Below, in pieces: positions 62,908 to 64,000 of a stretch of DNA of 64,000 bases. This stretch comes from Trichodelitschia bisporula (Eukaryota). Below the pieces are notes generated by a model. The model was not told the origin of the DNA. It searched no databases and worked only from the letters and a program-made list of their open reading frames with translations. The stretch lies in contig ML996697.1 of the NCBI GenBank assembly GCA_010356995.1, forward strand, positions 62,001-126,000, given 5' to 3'. Each line of letters opens with the position of its first letter. Position 1 is the stretch's first letter. The position numbers and the translations under genes were made by a program.

Positions 62908-63262
62908 GCTGGGGTTGTCTCTTCTACCTCTACGGGTACATTTTGTGGCCCAAGGTGGAGTGTGGAAGATGGTTGCTGAGCGGGCGTTTTTGGGCAGGTC
63001 ATCATGAGGGATGGGGACTGGGTGTAGTGTAGTTACTCTCCGATCTGGGGGTACTCTCCAATCCGGTGGGAGTTTTGGGGCTGCTGGTTTGGCGAGATGG
63101 TGCGAAATGCATCGTGAGCCTTTAGTCATATCCTTTCCACTTTCCACTTTTCTCTATAACTCTATGAGTATGAGCATCGTATGCTCTTCAACTGAGATAT
63201 CACCAACCAAGCGTGGGGAATTACTATGTTCCTTGTTCATTCCTTGTCTCTTCCGTACACTC

Positions 63263-63465
63263 TGATGTGGTTAACCCTTATGGAAGGAGCATTCTTATGT
63301 AAGCAGGGACATGATGTAACGCGAGTATGATGGAAGGAGGGAGTAAAGGAGGATACCTGGCATCGTGTATTTAAACCTCGAGAGTCTCCGACTCCCTTCA
63401 TCTCCTCGTCTTCCAATTCAACTTCACAATTACCATATTGTATGCACGTACCGTGAGCCTGTCAG
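63263..63465. repeat. dispersed ~200-bp repeat, copy D (inverted relative to copies A-C)
   Basis: Direct alignment with the reverse complements of 18432-18625 and 14001-14178. Confidence 0.8.
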
Positions 63466-64000
63466 TACACACACTCAGCTGCGCCTCTGAGCTTCTTGAC
63501 ACCATGTCATCAAAAGCTCTTGCATCCATCGCCGCAACATCAACCAGTCTATGCATCAAAGAGCGGACGCTCCCGTTCCCGTCCGCATTCGTCAAGTCTT
63601 CGGAGCAGTACCTATGTTAGACAACGTTTTGATATCCTCGGAACCCTGGATACCGCCAAGTGGCAGATGAAAGGAATCTCATCTCCCCTACAAAAAAATC
63701 TCCGAAGTCGAACTCCCTGTGGGGCGTCCCGGGGAACAACAAGTTAACGTACCTCGAGTAGCAATTCAGCGGCCTCGGGCAACCACCCTACGCATATTCT
63801 TCCCGCCGCTAACGCGGCCGTTGCAGGCCCGAGATCCGGGATAGGGGGAGGGTAAGATTGCGGATTTGCGCGTCCTGATTTACGAGGCCTGCTGGGTGTT
63901 GGCCGCGGAAATTTGCTAGAGAAGGGCGAGCTTCCGATGCGGGATGGGAATGCGTTTTCGGTGGTCTTTGAGGTCCTGGGAACCTTTCGAGGACGGGACC

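Overview
Eukaryotic DNA from a filamentous ascomycete (Pezizomycotina). Evidence: short GT-AG introns (mostly 42-60 nt) with CTAAC/CTGAC branch sites, a dispersed 5S rRNA gene and an intron-containing tRNA-Pro. The species cannot be fixed from the sequence. Conserved genes: a Pth11-like receptor (3' part), a CFEM protein, an Inn1/Fic1-like C2 protein, an MFS transporter, a PGAP4-like glycosyltransferase, a Bre5/Nxt3/G3BP-like NTF2-RRM protein, an HSDL2-like SDR, a kappa-class GST, a Myb/SANT-like protein, an APA2-like Ap4A phosphorylase, a C2H2 transcription factor and a septin-like GTPase. The first ~20 kb also holds lineage-specific, repeat-built and partly broken genes. Strongest candidate for new biology: the C2H2 factor's UGA (57104-57106) sits in the readthrough context UGA-CAA-UUA. 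A GC-rich hairpin follows immediately, then 160 more in-frame sense codons, which suggests programmed stop-codon readthrough. The same gene has in-frame alternative or retained introns. Second candidate: a paralogous orphan family whose N-termini resemble the histone H3 tail (MARTKKPARKS). Also seen: a four-copy ~200-bp dispersed repeat, a triplicated exon+intron unit and a duplicated small cysteine-rich secreted gene pair with one copy disabled. Gene models were spliced by eye, and family calls come from motif recognition, not database searches.
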